A stretch of 64,000 bases of DNA from Candidatus Lustribacter sp. (GTDB lineage: Bacteria; Vulcanimicrobiota; Vulcanimicrobiia; Vulcanimicrobiales; Vulcanimicrobiaceae). The notes under the pieces were generated by a model. That model did not search any database. It was not told the DNA's origin and saw only the letters and a list, made by a program, of their open reading frames with translations. This document shows, in pieces, positions 28,497 to 38,600 of the stretch. The stretch lies in assembly GCA_965277805.1 (NCBI GenBank), contig OZ255842.1:1120001-1184000 (forward strand), given 5' to 3'. The position numbers were made by a program, and so were the translations under genes. Position 1 is the stretch's first letter, and each line of letters begins with the position of its first letter.

Positions 28497-29461
28497 TCGC
28501 CTGACCTGCGGATCGAGGTGTCGAGGGAGAGGCGCGCGGCGGCGAGTGCGGCGGCTGACGCGCTTAGCTGTTCGGTTGTTTTGTCGTTTGCTGTGGTGGC
28601 GGTCCCTCGGGATGACAAGGGGGGGAGAACGTCATTGGGCGGCGCGTGTTGGAAGAATACAGCACTCGGTACGTTGACGGGGATGAGGGGGCGGAACCAT
28701 TCGGCGGTGGCTTCGGCGGGCGCGGTGGCGAGCCAGCCGTCGATGGCGAGGCGTGCGATGAGGCGTTGCGCGATCGCGCGTTGGCGCTCGGGCGCGAAAT
28801 ACATCAGGACGTTGCGGCACACGATGAGGTCGAAATCGGTCAGGCTCGCATCCCACGACTCCGAAGCGAGATTGAGCGGCTCGAAGCGCACCATCGCCCG
28901 CGTCGCCGGCACGAGTTCGAACTGTCCTGATTCGAGCTTGCGAAAATGCTGCTCGCGCATCGTGGCACCGAGTTCGCGCAATGACCACTCGCGATACACG
29001 GCGCGTTGTGCGGCGGCGAGAAACGCGGCGCTCACGTCGGTGGCGGCGATCGTGATGTCCCAATCGTCGGTCTTGGGCAGCAGCCGCATGACGATCATCG
29101 CAAGCGAATAGGCTTCCTCGCCGGTTGCGCAGCCCGCGCTCCAAATCCGCAGACGCTTCGGTCCGTGCGCGTAGCGGCGATCGATCACCGGCCGCAGAAT
29201 TTGCGATTCCAGTTGCGCAAACCAGCCCGGGTGGCGGAAGAAGTTGGTTTCGCCGACTGTGAGCGCGTCAACGGCGGTCTGCCACACCGGCGCTTCAACG
29301 TCGAGCGCAGGCATTGCGGCAAGCGCGGCGGGCGAAACGCCGGCGCGCGCCAGCGCGATCAGCGCCGCATCGACGCGTGCGTCGACCAAGGCCGACGGCG
29401 CGAGGCCTAACCGTTCCGTTGCGAGCGTGCGCAGCCGCGCGCGCGTCTCATCCGCCATCAC
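28493..29461 (-). CDS. cheR: Chemotaxis methyltransferase CheR (WspC-like, no TPR tail)
   Basis: TVGETNFFR; IWSAGCATGEEAYSLA; ATDVS; FDLIVCRNVLMYF. Confidence 0.92.
   Translation of the reverse strand: MMADETRARLRTLATERLGLAPSALVDARVDAALIALARAGVSPAALAAMPALDVEAPVWQTAVDALTVGETNFFRHPGWFAQLESQILRPVIDRRYAHGPKRLRIWSAGCATGEEAYSLAMIVMRLLPKTDDWDITIAATDVSAAFLAAAQRAVYREWSLRELGATMREQHFRKLESGQFELVPATRAMVRFEPLNLASESWDASLTDFDLIVCRNVLMYFAPERQRAIAQRLIARLAIDGWLATAPAEATAEWFRPLIPVNVPSAVFFQHAPPNDVLPPLSSRGTATTANDKTTEQLSASAAALAAARLSLDTSIRRSGE
28599..28617 (+). repeat. REP-like repeat copy 3 (internally deleted), inside the cheR 3' end
   Basis: GCGGTCCCTCGGGATGACA matches the copy 1/2 consensus lacking the central ACAAGCTCG. 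Confidence 0.5.
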
Positions 29462-29841
29462 GAGAGCACGTCGTCGACGTAGAGCAGCCCATCGGGATAC
29501 GTGCCGTCCGGAACGGCGCGCACGCCTTCGACTTCGTCCGCCAGCAGCACCATGCGCCGCGGGCCTTCGACGAGAATGAATTGCTGTTCGGCGTTGAGGG
29601 TGGTCCAGGTCTGTCCTTGCCCGTATGCAAGATCGATGACCGGCATCACTTCTCCGTGCACGTCGACGGCGCCGCGCACCGGTGGCAGCGCGTCCCGCAG
29701 CGGCCCGATCTCCGCGACCGGAACCACCTGGCCCACGTGCGCAACCGGGATGCAGAAATGCTGCGGCCCCAGACGAAAGACAACGACGTCCAATATGCGG
29801 CCGCCCCGCCCGGCCTTAGCATATAATTTTTTGCGCCGCAT
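29458..29841 (-). CDS. cheW: CheW-like protein (WspB-like); true start may be TTG at 29793
   Basis: VVVFRLGPQHFCIPV..V..VV; GAVDVHGEVMPVIDL; LLADEVEGV. Confidence 0.82.
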   Translation of the reverse strand: MRRKKLYAKAGRGGRILDVVVFRLGPQHFCIPVAHVGQVVPVAEIGPLRDALPPVRGAVDVHGEVMPVIDLAYGQGQTWTTLNAEQQFILVEGPRRMVLLADEVEGVRAVPDGTYPDGLLYVDDVLS

Positions 29842-29921
29842 GACGGACTTCCTCGGCTAGTCGCGTAAGGAGGCTGCCAACTTCGCGTAAGGCTTCCACC
29901 GGGAGTGGGGAGATACACGAA

Positions 29922-32798
29922 TTGCTGAAGGTACGTTGGCGCGCGGTTCACGCGGCGCTTGTCGTCGCGGGCATTCTTTTTGCCTCGGCGGTATATTCGC
30001 CGATCGCGCGCGCTGCCGGCGACGATGCTGCCGTGAGCGGCCGCGTGCAGACGACCGACGGACAGCCGATCGCCGGCGCGAGCGTGACGCTCGATGGTCC
30101 GGCGCATGTCGCCACCACCACCGGCAACGGCGGCGCGTTCGCATTCGCACAGGTCACGGCGGGAACGTACGTTCTGCACGCCGCCAAGGCGGGCTTCGCA
30201 CCGATCGAACGCGACGACGTCGTCGTTGCGCCGGGCGCACCGGTCACGTTGAACGCCACGTTGACGCAGTCGTCGTTCTCATCGCTGCAGACGATCGGGC
30301 GCGTGACGACGAGTTCGGGCAAGATCGCGATGAACACCTCGACCGCGGCGCTCGATATCATTCCGGGTACGGAGTTCACCGATCAGGGCAGCCTGCAAGT
30401 CACGCAAGTGCTGGCCGAACAGCCGGGCGTGTCGCTGACGTCGGTCACGGCCGGCGGCGGCACGAACCGCGCGTCGCTCGGGTCGCCGATTTATCCGCAG
30501 ATTCGCGGCGCGCTGTATTACGAAACCGAATCGCTCATCGACGGCCACCCTGTCTCGGTCGGCGCGATCGGCACGTTCTCGCCGTTGCTTCTGCTGCCGG
30601 GGCTGCTGCAGAGCACGGAGATCGCAAAGGGGCCGGGCGCGATGCCGGTCGAGATTAACTACGCGATCGGCGGTACCGTGAACTACCGCACGCTCGAGCC
30701 GACGCGCGATCGCATCTTTTCGGCCGATCTCGGCGCCGACCGCTACGGCGGCGTCAACCTTACCTTGCGCGCGACCGGTTCGACCGCGAACCACTTCCTT
30801 GACTACGCGTTCGCGTACGCGGCGCTCGGCACACCGGGCCCGCTGGACAACTATCCCATTGCGAGCTCGCAGCTGCAGCTCGCGCTCTTCGGAACGGCAC
30901 CGTGGACGGTCAACGGGCAGCAAGTCTCGGGTTCGCCCGTGCACCTTACGTCGTCGCCGTTTACGAATTTCGTCGGCGGCGTCACCTCGCATTTTTCGGA
31001 GCCGCTCTATCTGTGCTGCACGCCGGTGAGCTCCGGCTACGATGCGCGCGGTCAACTGGGCAAGATTCGCCTGAACTTCTCCGAGCAGACGACGCTCACG
31101 TTCAGCTATCTCGGCGGTCAGTCCGGCGACAACTACACGGGCACGATCCTCGGTTCGCTGACGCCGATGTTCGACGCGGCGACGTTCGCGCCGCCGGCCG
31201 GGTATAGCGGCAGCGTTGCCGCGGGAACCCCGATTCCGTTCGACGATCAAGCGAATACGAACTACACGGAATTCATGCAGTCGAATCTCTTTCAAGCCGA
31301 AGTCCGCTCGTCGATCGGCGCGACGACGCTGCTCGGCCGCGCGTACTCGGGATATGACAACACGCTCGTCAACGCGTACACGCCCGGTATGAACGCGACC
31401 GTTTCGGAGAACGCGTGGGGCGGCATTCCGCTCTGTCCCGCCGGCACGAAAGCCGTGGGCGCGGCGTGCACCGGCGGCCCCGGCGGTCCGGTCGCGCCGG
31501 TGATGACGTTCTTCAACGGGCAACCGGTCACGTTGACGACGAGCAATCCGGCCAGCTACACGATCCTGCTCGACCACGTACGCGGTCTTTCGCTCGAAGG
31601 CGATCGGCCCGTCGGCGCGGCGGTCGTGAGCCTCGCGCTCGACCGCTCCAATCACGACTCCTATGAATTCTCGCTTTCGCCGGGGCAAATGCTCGATACG
31701 GTGGTGTTGCCGCCGGGCTCAGGCCAGCAATTCACGACCGCGATGGCGCGTCTGCAAACGCCGCTGGCGACGAATCTTTCGATGATGCTCGGCACGTACT
31801 ACACGTCGTACGCGAGTCACTTCACCGGTAATGGCGGCGCGACGTGGAGCGACGCCACGCACGCGGCCACGATTCCGCGCATCGCATTTTCGTGGCGTCC
31901 CGGCCCCGACGTGGCCTGGCGACTCGCGGCCGGCGGATCGATCGCGCCGCCGTATATTGCGCTCTTGTCATCGCCCGGCACGACGCCGGTGCTCAACCCG
32001 GCCGGGGCCCCGCAGGGCTACTTCATCAACGCCAACAACGGCCAAATTGCGCCCGAGAAAGCGTTCGGCTACGATCTGGGCGTCGATACGCGACTGCGCC
32101 CCTCGCTGCTGTTCTCGAGCGATCTGTACTTCACCAACGTGAACAACATGTTCTTGACCGAAACCTCGCAGCAAGGCACGTACACGTCGACTACCGGAAA
32201 CTCGGCCGGCATCCCGCTGCCGCTCTACGTCACGCAAACGGGAAACCTCGGCAACGCGCGTTACGAGGGCATCGAGTTTCAGTTCAACGATGCGCCCGCG
32301 GTGGGCTTCGGCTACAAGCTGCAAGGCTCGCTGCAGCGTGCGTTCGTGTACGATATCTCGCCGAGCTTCTACAGTACGACCGCGGGGCCGAACACGACGA
32401 ACCTCGGCATCATTCCGAACATCAACTTTCAGGCGAGCGGCAACGGCTTCAACGCCGTGTCTCCGGGCCGGATTCCCTACAGCCAAGGCTACGCCGAGTT
32501 GAACTATCGCACGCGTTCAGGCAGCCTCGCGCTGCTCGGCTGGACCTACAACGGCCCCAACAACGCGTACAACGAGCCGGCGTTCGGCATTTTCTCGGCG
32601 TCGCTGCGTTTTGCGTTCTCGCGAAACAGCTATCTGCAATTCTCCGCCTATAACCTCACCAACGTGTACGGCGACCCGTACGACGCGCTGGTGGGCGGCG
32701 TGCCCGTCGGTTTGATCAACGGCAAGTTCGGTGCCGTCGCCGGCAACAACGTGGGCCCGACGACGCTCCAAGCCACCTTTCACGAGACGTTCCGATGA
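29922..32798 (+). CDS. TonB-dependent receptor with N-terminal carboxypeptidase-regulatory-like domain
   Basis: Signal; VSGRV...[11 protein letters not shown]; plug LAEQPGV...IRG...LIDGHP...EIAKGPG...[21 protein letters not shown]; terminal Phe-Arg. Confidence 0.88.
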   Translation: MLKVRWRAVHAALVVAGILFASAVYSPIARAAGDDAAVSGRVQTTDGQPIAGASVTLDGPAHVATTTGNGGAFAFAQVTAGTYVLHAAKAGFAPIERDDVVVAPGAPVTLNATLTQSSFSSLQTIGRVTTSSGKIAMNTSTAALDIIPGTEFTDQGSLQVTQVLAEQPGVSLTSVTAGGGTNRASLGSPIYPQIRGALYYETESLIDGHPVSVGAIGTFSPLLLLPGLLQSTEIAKGPGAMPVEINYAIGGTVNYRTLEPTRDRIFSADLGADRYGGVNLTLRATGSTANHFLDYAFAYAALGTPGPLDNYPIASSQLQLALFGTAPWTVNGQQVSGSPVHLTSSPFTNFVGGVTSHFSEPLYLCCTPVSSGYDARGQLGKIRLNFSEQTTLTFSYLGGQSGDNYTGTILGSLTPMFDAATFAPPAGYSGSVAAGTPIPFDDQANTNYTEFMQSNLFQAEVRSSIGATTLLGRAYSGYDNTLVNAYTPGMNATVSENAWGGIPLCPAGTKAVGAACTGGPGGPVAPVMTFFNGQPVTLTTSNPASYTILLDHVRGLSLEGDRPVGAAVVSLALDRSNHDSYEFSLSPGQMLDTVVLPPGSGQQFTTAMARLQTPLATNLSMMLGTYYTSYASHFTGNGGATWSDATHAATIPRIAFSWRPGPDVAWRLAAGGSIAPPYIALLSSPGTTPVLNPAGAPQGYFINANNGQIAPEKAFGYDLGVDTRLRPSLLFSSDLYFTNVNNMFLTETSQQGTYTSTTGNSAGIPLPLYVTQTGNLGNARYEGIEFQFNDAPAVGFGYKLQGSLQRAFVYDISPSFYSTTAGPNTTNLGIIPNINFQASGNGFNAVSPGRIPYSQGYAELNYRTRSGSLALLGWTYNGPNNAYNEPAFGIFSASLRFAFSRNSYLQFSAYNLTNVYGDPYDALVGGVPVGLINGKFGAVAGNNVGPTTLQATFHETFR

Positions 32799-34567
32799 AG
32801 ACGCGCCCGGTGCTCGGTCTGCGTAACCAGATCGTTGCGCTCGCCGTGGTGCCCCTGATCTTCCTGATCTTGAGCCTCGTGCTCGTCCTCGTGCTCGCGC
32901 GGAACATCGAGCAATCCGCGATCCTCTCGCAACGCGTCGCGGAAATCATCAAACAGTCCGATACGCTCTCGCTCTCGATCGGCGAGATGAGCATGAGCCT
33001 CGGGCAGTACGCGCGCTCCTACAAGACCAAAGATCTCGCGCTCTACGATAAGGCCTATGCCGCGTTGCCGGCTGAAGAACAGCAGATGACAGCGCTCGTG
33101 CACGGCACGGCGCTCGAAAAGCCGGCGCAGCGCTACCTTAAAGCGATCGACGCGGTGGTGGCGCTCTTCGCGGTCACGCACGCGGACGTGCTCGCGCACC
33201 GCGAGGCCGAGGTGCGGCGCTTGATCGGCGCCGCGTCGACCAAGCGCGTCGCAAATGAACTCGAGGGCGCGAAGGGCGGGGTCAGTGCGGCGGCTGCATC
33301 GACCGTGCTGGTCGTGAATACGCTCGGCCGGCGCAGCATCGCGAATATCGAGCGGATGTTGCTGGTGACGACGTCGCTCGGCGTGCTCGCGACGATTCTG
33401 GGCGCGCTGTTCTTGGGACTGCGCACCGTGCGGCGGATCGGCATCCTAGCCGACAATGCGCGCCGGCTGAGTGCGGGCGAAGCGCCGGTGCCGCTGGGCG
33501 GCAACGACGAAGTGGCGGAACTGGGCGTCGTGTACCGGGCGATGTTCGAGCGCAGCGTTCGCGCGAAAGCCCGGTTGGAAGAAGCGGTTCGCGATTACGG
33601 CGCGCTTGCGGCGAGCATCGCCGCCGGCGACCTGACGGCGCGTGTCGAGGTCGTTGGCGACGGTGATGAGCTCGCGCAGCTCGGCGCCAACCTCAACCAC
33701 ATGGCCGGCTCGCTGGAACGGCTCGTCGAAGAAATTCGCGCAGCCGCCACGAGCTTGGCCTCGGCGACGAGCCAAATCCTCGCCGCCACGAGCCAGCAAG
33801 TGTCGTCGGCAACGGAAGAAGCTACTGCGGTTCGTCAGACCGCCGCGACGGTGCTCGAAGTGCGCCAGACTGCGGAGATGGCGGCGCGCAAAACGCGGCT
33901 CGTGGCCGAACTCGCGCAGCGCGTCGAGCAGACGGCGGAGAGCGGCCGCCAGTCGGTGGAAGAGAGCGTGCAGAGCAGCGAGGGCGCGCGCACGCGCATG
34001 GTGGCGCTCGCCGAACGCATTCTCGCGTTCAGCGAACAAGCCCAGATGATCGCCGAAATCAACGCTACCGTGGCGGAACTCGCCGGTCAATCGAACCTGC
34101 TCGCCGTCAACGCCGCGATCGAAGCGGCCAAAGCCGGCGAGGCCAGCAAGGGCTTCGCCATCGTCGCCTCCGAGGTTAAAGAACTCGGCGTGCGCAGCAA
34201 AGAGGCGACCGTTCAGGTGCGCCGCATCGTCACCGACATTCAGAAGTCCGCGCAAAGCGCGGTGATCGCTGCCGAACAAGGCGTGCGGGCTGCCGAATCC
34301 GGCACGACGATCGTGCAACGTTCGGGAACTGCAATGGAGACGCTTACCGCGAGCATCGCCGAGGCGTCCGAAGCCGCACAGCAGATCAATGCGTCGGCCG
34401 AACAGCAGCAAATCGGGATGGATCAAATCGCGCTCGCGATGCACAACATCGAGCAAGCCTCGACGCAGAGCGTGACGGCGACACAGCAAGTAGAGCGTGC
34501 CGCCGCCGATCTCAGCCTGTTAGCTCAGAAACTCTCCGCCACCATCCAAGGCGTACGAGTCAGCTAA
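32795..34567 (+). CDS. Methyl-accepting chemotaxis protein (2 TM, periplasmic helical sensor, 2 HAMP; WspA-like)
   Basis: ATGA overlap with the receptor gene; GDLT...[39 protein letters not shown]. Confidence 0.95.
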   Translation: MKTRPVLGLRNQIVALAVVPLIFLILSLVLVLVLARNIEQSAILSQRVAEIIKQSDTLSLSIGEMSMSLGQYARSYKTKDLALYDKAYAALPAEEQQMTALVHGTALEKPAQRYLKAIDAVVALFAVTHADVLAHREAEVRRLIGAASTKRVANELEGAKGGVSAAAASTVLVVNTLGRRSIANIERMLLVTTSLGVLATILGALFLGLRTVRRIGILADNARRLSAGEAPVPLGGNDEVAELGVVYRAMFERSVRAKARLEEAVRDYGALAASIAAGDLTARVEVVGDGDELAQLGANLNHMAGSLERLVEEIRAAATSLASATSQILAATSQQVSSATEEATAVRQTAATVLEVRQTAEMAARKTRLVAELAQRVEQTAESGRQSVEESVQSSEGARTRMVALAERILAFSEQAQMIAEINATVAELAGQSNLLAVNAAIEAAKAGEASKGFAIVASEVKELGVRSKEATVQVRRIVTDIQKSAQSAVIAAEQGVRAAESGTTIVQRSGTAMETLTASIAEASEAAQQINASAEQQQIGMDQIALAMHNIEQASTQSVTATQQVERAAADLSLLAQKLSATIQGVRVS

Positions 34568-34941
34568 GTCGACCAATAGTACGGTGACTGATAGTAGTCG
34601 TTCAGCTGCCGTTCGTTGTCACGGCTGAACGAATCATCGTCGTCGTCGAACCCGAAGTCCGGTGAATTCTTCAGCTGAGCTTCGGTGATGTCCGTGACAT
34701 AGCCGCCGACACTCGTGTCGTAACTCAGCTTGTTCCACGGGATCGTATACTCATTACCGCCGAGTCCGAGAAAGCCGCCGAACGACGCGACGGTGTACAC
34801 GACGCGTCCGCTGACCTTGTCGAGCACGAGGCGCTTGATGGATCCGATATGTTTCCCCGACGGATCGTAGACATCGGTGCCTTCGACGCGCTTGCTGTCG
34901 ATAAGCGAGGTGCTGTCTGTCTGGTTCGATGTACTGCGCAT
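34564..34941 (-). CDS. PRC-barrel domain protein
   Basis: [13 protein letters not shown]...[29 protein letters not shown]...IPW; GGAGG RBS. Confidence 0.92.
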   Translation of the reverse strand: MRSTSNQTDSTSLIDSKRVEGTDVYDPSGKHIGSIKRLVLDKVSGRVVYTVASFGGFLGLGGNEYTIPWNKLSYDTSVGGYVTDITEAQLKNSPDFGFDDDDDSFSRDNERQLNDYYQSPYYWST

Positions 34942-35014
34942 GTGGTTGCCTCCGTGAAGCCACTTGTACCGCAGCGCACAAAAGGAAAACCAGCTAGCAC
35001 TATATCCAGGCAAG

Positions 35015-35434
35015 CTAACTCGCGGGAACGGGCGTAGACGTATCCATGCGCGCCGGGCCCGCAGGCCGTTCGGTGATCCAGCCGCGCGAGATGTCGAGCT
35101 TCGTCCCCAGCAGCGGATCCGTGACGAACGTTTCGGCTTGCCGTCCATCGCGCGGCAACGCATAGCTGGGCGGTAGCGCGCCGGCCGCGAGCGCCTTGTC
35201 CATCGCCTCTTCCACGTCGTCGACGGCAAAGCCGAAGTGGTGCACGCCGAGCGGCTGTTTGATGGGCAGAAGCGCGAGATTAATGTAGCCGTCGGTCAGG
35301 AAGATCGACCACTGACCCTGCGTGTCGTTATTTTTGTTCCGGAACACTTCTTTGAGCCCGAAAGCAGCCGTATAGAACGCGGCGCTCTTCTCGGAATCCT
35401 CGACGACGATCGCAATATGACGGATACGTGCCAT
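35015..35434 (-). CDS. VOC/glyoxalase family protein
   Basis: IRHIAIVVED.EKSAAFY...FGL; LTDGYINLALL; HHFGFAVDDV. Confidence 0.88.
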   Translation of the reverse strand: MARIRHIAIVVEDSEKSAAFYTAAFGLKEVFRNKNNDTQGQWSIFLTDGYINLALLPIKQPLGVHHFGFAVDDVEEAMDKALAAGALPPSYALPRDGRQAETFVTDPLLGTKLDISRGWITERPAGPARMDTSTPVPAS

Positions 35435-35589
35435 GCAGCCATTCTAGCAGCCTAGCCCTTGACACGCAATGTCGCCCGGCCGGTCCTCGTTCACTACTCA
35501 TGGTTCACTTTTTGCGATGTCGGGTATCCTAGCAGGCGACCGCCGCGGCGGTGAACATCATCTTGCAATTATTCAGACTGGAGACGATC

Positions 35590-36687
35590 GTGCGACGATC
35601 AACAACCCTCACAAAATTCTTGGTGGCGTTTCTCGCAGTCGCAATGCTCTTCACCGCGATCTCGATGCCGAAACCGGCAGCAGCGCAGTCCATCGGCATT
35701 ACGGTCAGCTTCGGGCCGCCGCCGATCCCGTACTACGTGCAGCCGCCGGCGCCGGATCCGAATTACATCTGGTCGCCCGGTTATTGGGCGTACGACCCCT
35801 CTGACGGCTATTACTGGGTTCCCGGCACCTGGGTCCCGGCGCCGCAATACGGCCTTTATTGGACGCCCGGATATTGGGCCTGGAATGGCGTCGCGTTTGT
35901 CTTTTCATCGGGTTATTGGGCACCGGAAGTCGGCTGGTACGGCGGTGTCGACTACGGCTACGGCTACTACGGCAACGGTTACTCCGGCGGCAGATGGCGC
36001 GGCCATCAGTTCGCCTACAACACGGCGATCAGCAACGTCAACCGCAACGTGGTGCGCAACGTCTATAGCGATCCGCGCGCGGCGCAACACACGTGGAATC
36101 GCGTGAGCTACAACGGCGGCCGCGGCGGCGTCTCCGCGCGCCCGAACGCAAACCAGCTCGCGGTCCGGAACCACCGCGTGACCGGTCCGACCAGCGTGCA
36201 AATGCAGCACGCGCGGATCGCTGCAACTGCGCGCGGCAACCTCTCGAAGGTTAACCACGGACGGCCGGCAACGGCCGCCATGGCCCGCCCGTACTCGCGA
36301 CCAGTGACGGCGGCGCGCCGCCCGAATACGGCCGCGCGTCCGGTAGCACAGCATCGCGCTGCCGCTCCGCAACACGCCACCGCAATGCAAGTGCATCACG
36401 CCGCTCCGGCGCAGCATGCCGCAATGGTGCAGCAACACCACGCTGCCCCCATGCAACACGCGGCCGTACCGCAAAAACATCGCGCAGCGCCGGTCCAACA
36501 CGCGTACGTACCGCAGCAGCACGCTGCTCCGGTGCAACACGCGGCACCGGCCCAGCACGCATTTGCGCCGCAGATGCAACGCCCGGCCCCGCAAATGCAG
36601 CACGCCGCTCCGCAAATGCAGCACGCCGCTCCGGCCGCGCGCCCCGCAGGCCCAGGCGGAGGCCCGGACGAGCACCACCACGGTTAA
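35590..36687 (+). CDS. YXWGXW repeat-containing exported protein with His/Gln/Ala/Pro-rich tail
   Basis: Signal; PPPIP.Y.QPP; YIWSPGYW, YYWVPGTW, LYWTPGYW; tail of QHAAP-type repeats. Confidence 0.88.
   Translation: MRRSTTLTKFLVAFLAVAMLFTAISMPKPAAAQSIGITVSFGPPPIPYYVQPPAPDPNYIWSPGYWAYDPSDGYYWVPGTWVPAPQYGLYWTPGYWAWNGVAFVFSSGYWAPEVGWYGGVDYGYGYYGNGYSGGRWRGHQFAYNTAISNVNRNVVRNVYSDPRAAQHTWNRVSYNGGRGGVSARPNANQLAVRNHRVTGPTSVQMQHARIAATARGNLSKVNHGRPATAAMARPYSRPVTAARRPNTAARPVAQHRAAAPQHATAMQVHHAAPAQHAAMVQQHHAAPMQHAAVPQKHRAAPVQHAYVPQQHAAPVQHAAPAQHAFAPQMQRPAPQMQHAAPQMQHAAPAARPAGPGGGPDEHHHG
36589..36630 (+). repeat. 21-bp perfect tandem duplication (CCGCAAATGCAGCACGCCGCT x2)
   Basis: Encodes PQMQHAA twice. 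Confidence 0.9.
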
Positions 36688-36705
36688 ATGACCGCCCGGG
36701 GGCCG

Positions 36706-37647
36706 TTACACTCCGGGCGCTCGCAGTTCTGCGGCGGCGAACGGTTTTGGGATGAAGCCGTATTTGGCCATGACGTCGATCACTGGCTGGATGAGGCCGG
36801 GGTCGTATTTTGTTGCGTAGGGGATGCGGGGGTATGAGTTGATCGCGGCCGCATCGACTTTGGTGAGTTGCGAGAGCAGCGCGACTTCTTCGCCCGCATT
36901 CTTGTTCGCCCAATCTCCGGTGTGCAGAATCACTTGCACCAGGCGGCGAGCTAGATCGGGATTCGCATCGACCCAGGCCTTGTTGCCGATGAGCCCGGCG
37001 GTTTGAAATGACTTGCCGTTGTTCAGCGCCTCATACGGCAGCCCGATAACCTTCACCGTATCCTTCGTTGCGGTGTATGCGGGTTCGACCATGATCGCGG
37101 CGTCGATTCGCCCGGCCTGGATCGCTGCGCCCATCTCGCCGGTCTTGATTTCGAACCACTTCGCCGAATGCGAGTCGCCGCCGTGTTTGTCGATCCACAG
37201 CATGGCGCTCGCCTGCACCATGTCGTTGAGCGTCGAGACGCCGATCGTCTTGCCGTTCAGGGCCGCAGCATCCGCGATCGGCGACGTCTTGCCGACGACG
37301 ACGTGCGCGATCGGCGACGCCTGACTGTAGATCCCGCCCGGGCAGAGCCAATACACCGGCAGCCCGCGCACGTGCGCTGACGACATCGAGCCGCTATTCG
37401 TCACACCCGCATCGATCGCGCCGCCGACGACCGCTTGCGTCGTCAAGCCGCCGCCGGGAATGATCGTCAGCTCGACGTTCAGTCCCGCATCGCGGAAGAA
37501 CCCCTTTTGCGCCGCGAAAAACGGCTGCGCGAATTCTTCGACCGCGCCGGCGCTCACTCGAATGGTGGGACCCGTCGCAGAGCGCGCAGCACGCGGGCCG
37601 AGCGCGATGCTGGTTGCGGCAGCGGCAACAAAGTGCGAGCGATTCAT
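36706..37647 (-). CDS. ABC transporter substrate-binding protein (SsuA/NMT1-like)
   Basis: MNRSHF Tat-like start; GFFRDAGLNVE; LNGKTIGV; GRIDAA..VEP. Confidence 0.85.
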   Translation of the reverse strand: MNRSHFVAAAATSIALGPRAARSATGPTIRVSAGAVEEFAQPFFAAQKGFFRDAGLNVELTIIPGGGLTTQAVVGGAIDAGVTNSGSMSSAHVRGLPVYWLCPGGIYSQASPIAHVVVGKTSPIADAAALNGKTIGVSTLNDMVQASAMLWIDKHGGDSHSAKWFEIKTGEMGAAIQAGRIDAAIMVEPAYTATKDTVKVIGLPYEALNNGKSFQTAGLIGNKAWVDANPDLARRLVQVILHTGDWANKNAGEEVALLSQLTKVDAAAINSYPRIPYATKYDPGLIQPVIDVMAKYGFIPKPFAAAELRAPGV

Positions 37648-37664
37648 CGTGAGCCCTCCGGGAT

Positions 37665-38600
37665 CTAGATCGTGACCATCACTTGGGTAGCCGGCACGCG
37701 GCTCGGCAGAAGATGATAGCGGGCCGCGATGTCGAGCACGGGCTGGTACAAGCGCGCTTCGAGCGTGGTCGCGAACGTATTGCGTGCCATCGTGCCGAGC
37801 AGCTCGGGGTCGATTTTCATCCAGCGCGCTTCGATGGCGGCGCTTTCGGGGTGATGCGCGTTCGTCCAGCGCGCGGCGGCATAGAGGGCGCCGGTCAAGC
37901 GGCGCGCCGTATCGCGATTGGCTGCGAGCCACGGCCGTGTCGCGAAGTACGTGTTGATATAGAACGTCTTCGCGATCGCCTCGAACGGCGCGCCCAGGAC
38001 ATAGAGGTCGCTCTTGGCGGCGCTTAGGTACGGCTCGCCGAGAAACGCCGCCGCGACGAGCCCGCGGCTCAGGGCCGGCATCATCTGCGCGAGCGGCATC
38101 TCGTAGAGCTTCACCTGGGCGATGTCGGCGCCGTGCGTGCGCAGCCATTCCGTCGTGGCGACCGAACTCTGCGACTGCAGCTGCACGACGGCGACGGTCT
38201 GGCCGTTGAGGTCCTTGGCCGTGCGAACCGAACCGTTCTTGAGGCTCACGAGCGTGAGCGTCGGCGCATCGATCGTGAAGAGCGCGCCGCCCGCGAAGCC
38301 GGCAATCGGAATGCCGCGGATCGCCGCGTTGCCGAGCTGGATGTCATCGCAGATCCCGACATCGAGCGCGCCGGCAATGACGCCCGACATCACGAGGCCG
38401 CCGTTGCCGAGCGTCTGCACGTCGACATCGAGGCCGGCGTCGCGAAACATGCCCATTTCGGAAGCGCACTCGACGGCGAGTTGCGCATCGCTGCGCGTCA
38501 GTCCGAAGCGCACCGGCGTCAACTGCGCGCCGGCCGCACGCGGGCCCAGCGCGAGCGCGCCCGCGACGGCTGCCAGGGCTCTGCGCCGCGTAACGATCAA
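37665..38600 (-). CDS. ABC transporter substrate-binding protein (SsuA/NMT1-like), Tat-like signal
   Basis: TRRRAL; GMFRDAGLDV; AKDLNGQTVAV; AAFLGEPY. Confidence 0.85.
   Translation of the reverse strand: MIVTRRRALAAVAGALALGPRAAGAQLTPVRFGLTRSDAQLAVECASEMGMFRDAGLDVDVQTLGNGGLVMSGVIAGALDVGICDDIQLGNAAIRGIPIAGFAGGALFTIDAPTLTLVSLKNGSVRTAKDLNGQTVAVVQLQSQSSVATTEWLRTHGADIAQVKLYEMPLAQMMPALSRGLVAAAFLGEPYLSAAKSDLYVLGAPFEAIAKTFYINTYFATRPWLAANRDTARRLTGALYAAARWTNAHHPESAAIEARWMKIDPELLGTMARNTFATTLEARLYQPVLDIAARYHLLPSRVPATQVMVTI

Noticed and set aside
29822-29827. TATAAT as promoter of the TonB receptor
   Set aside because: Perfect -10 but no recognisable -35 at proper spacing, so there is not enough support to call.
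35459-35464. TTGACA as promoter of the YXWGXW gene
   Set aside because: No -10 element 16-18 nt downstream.
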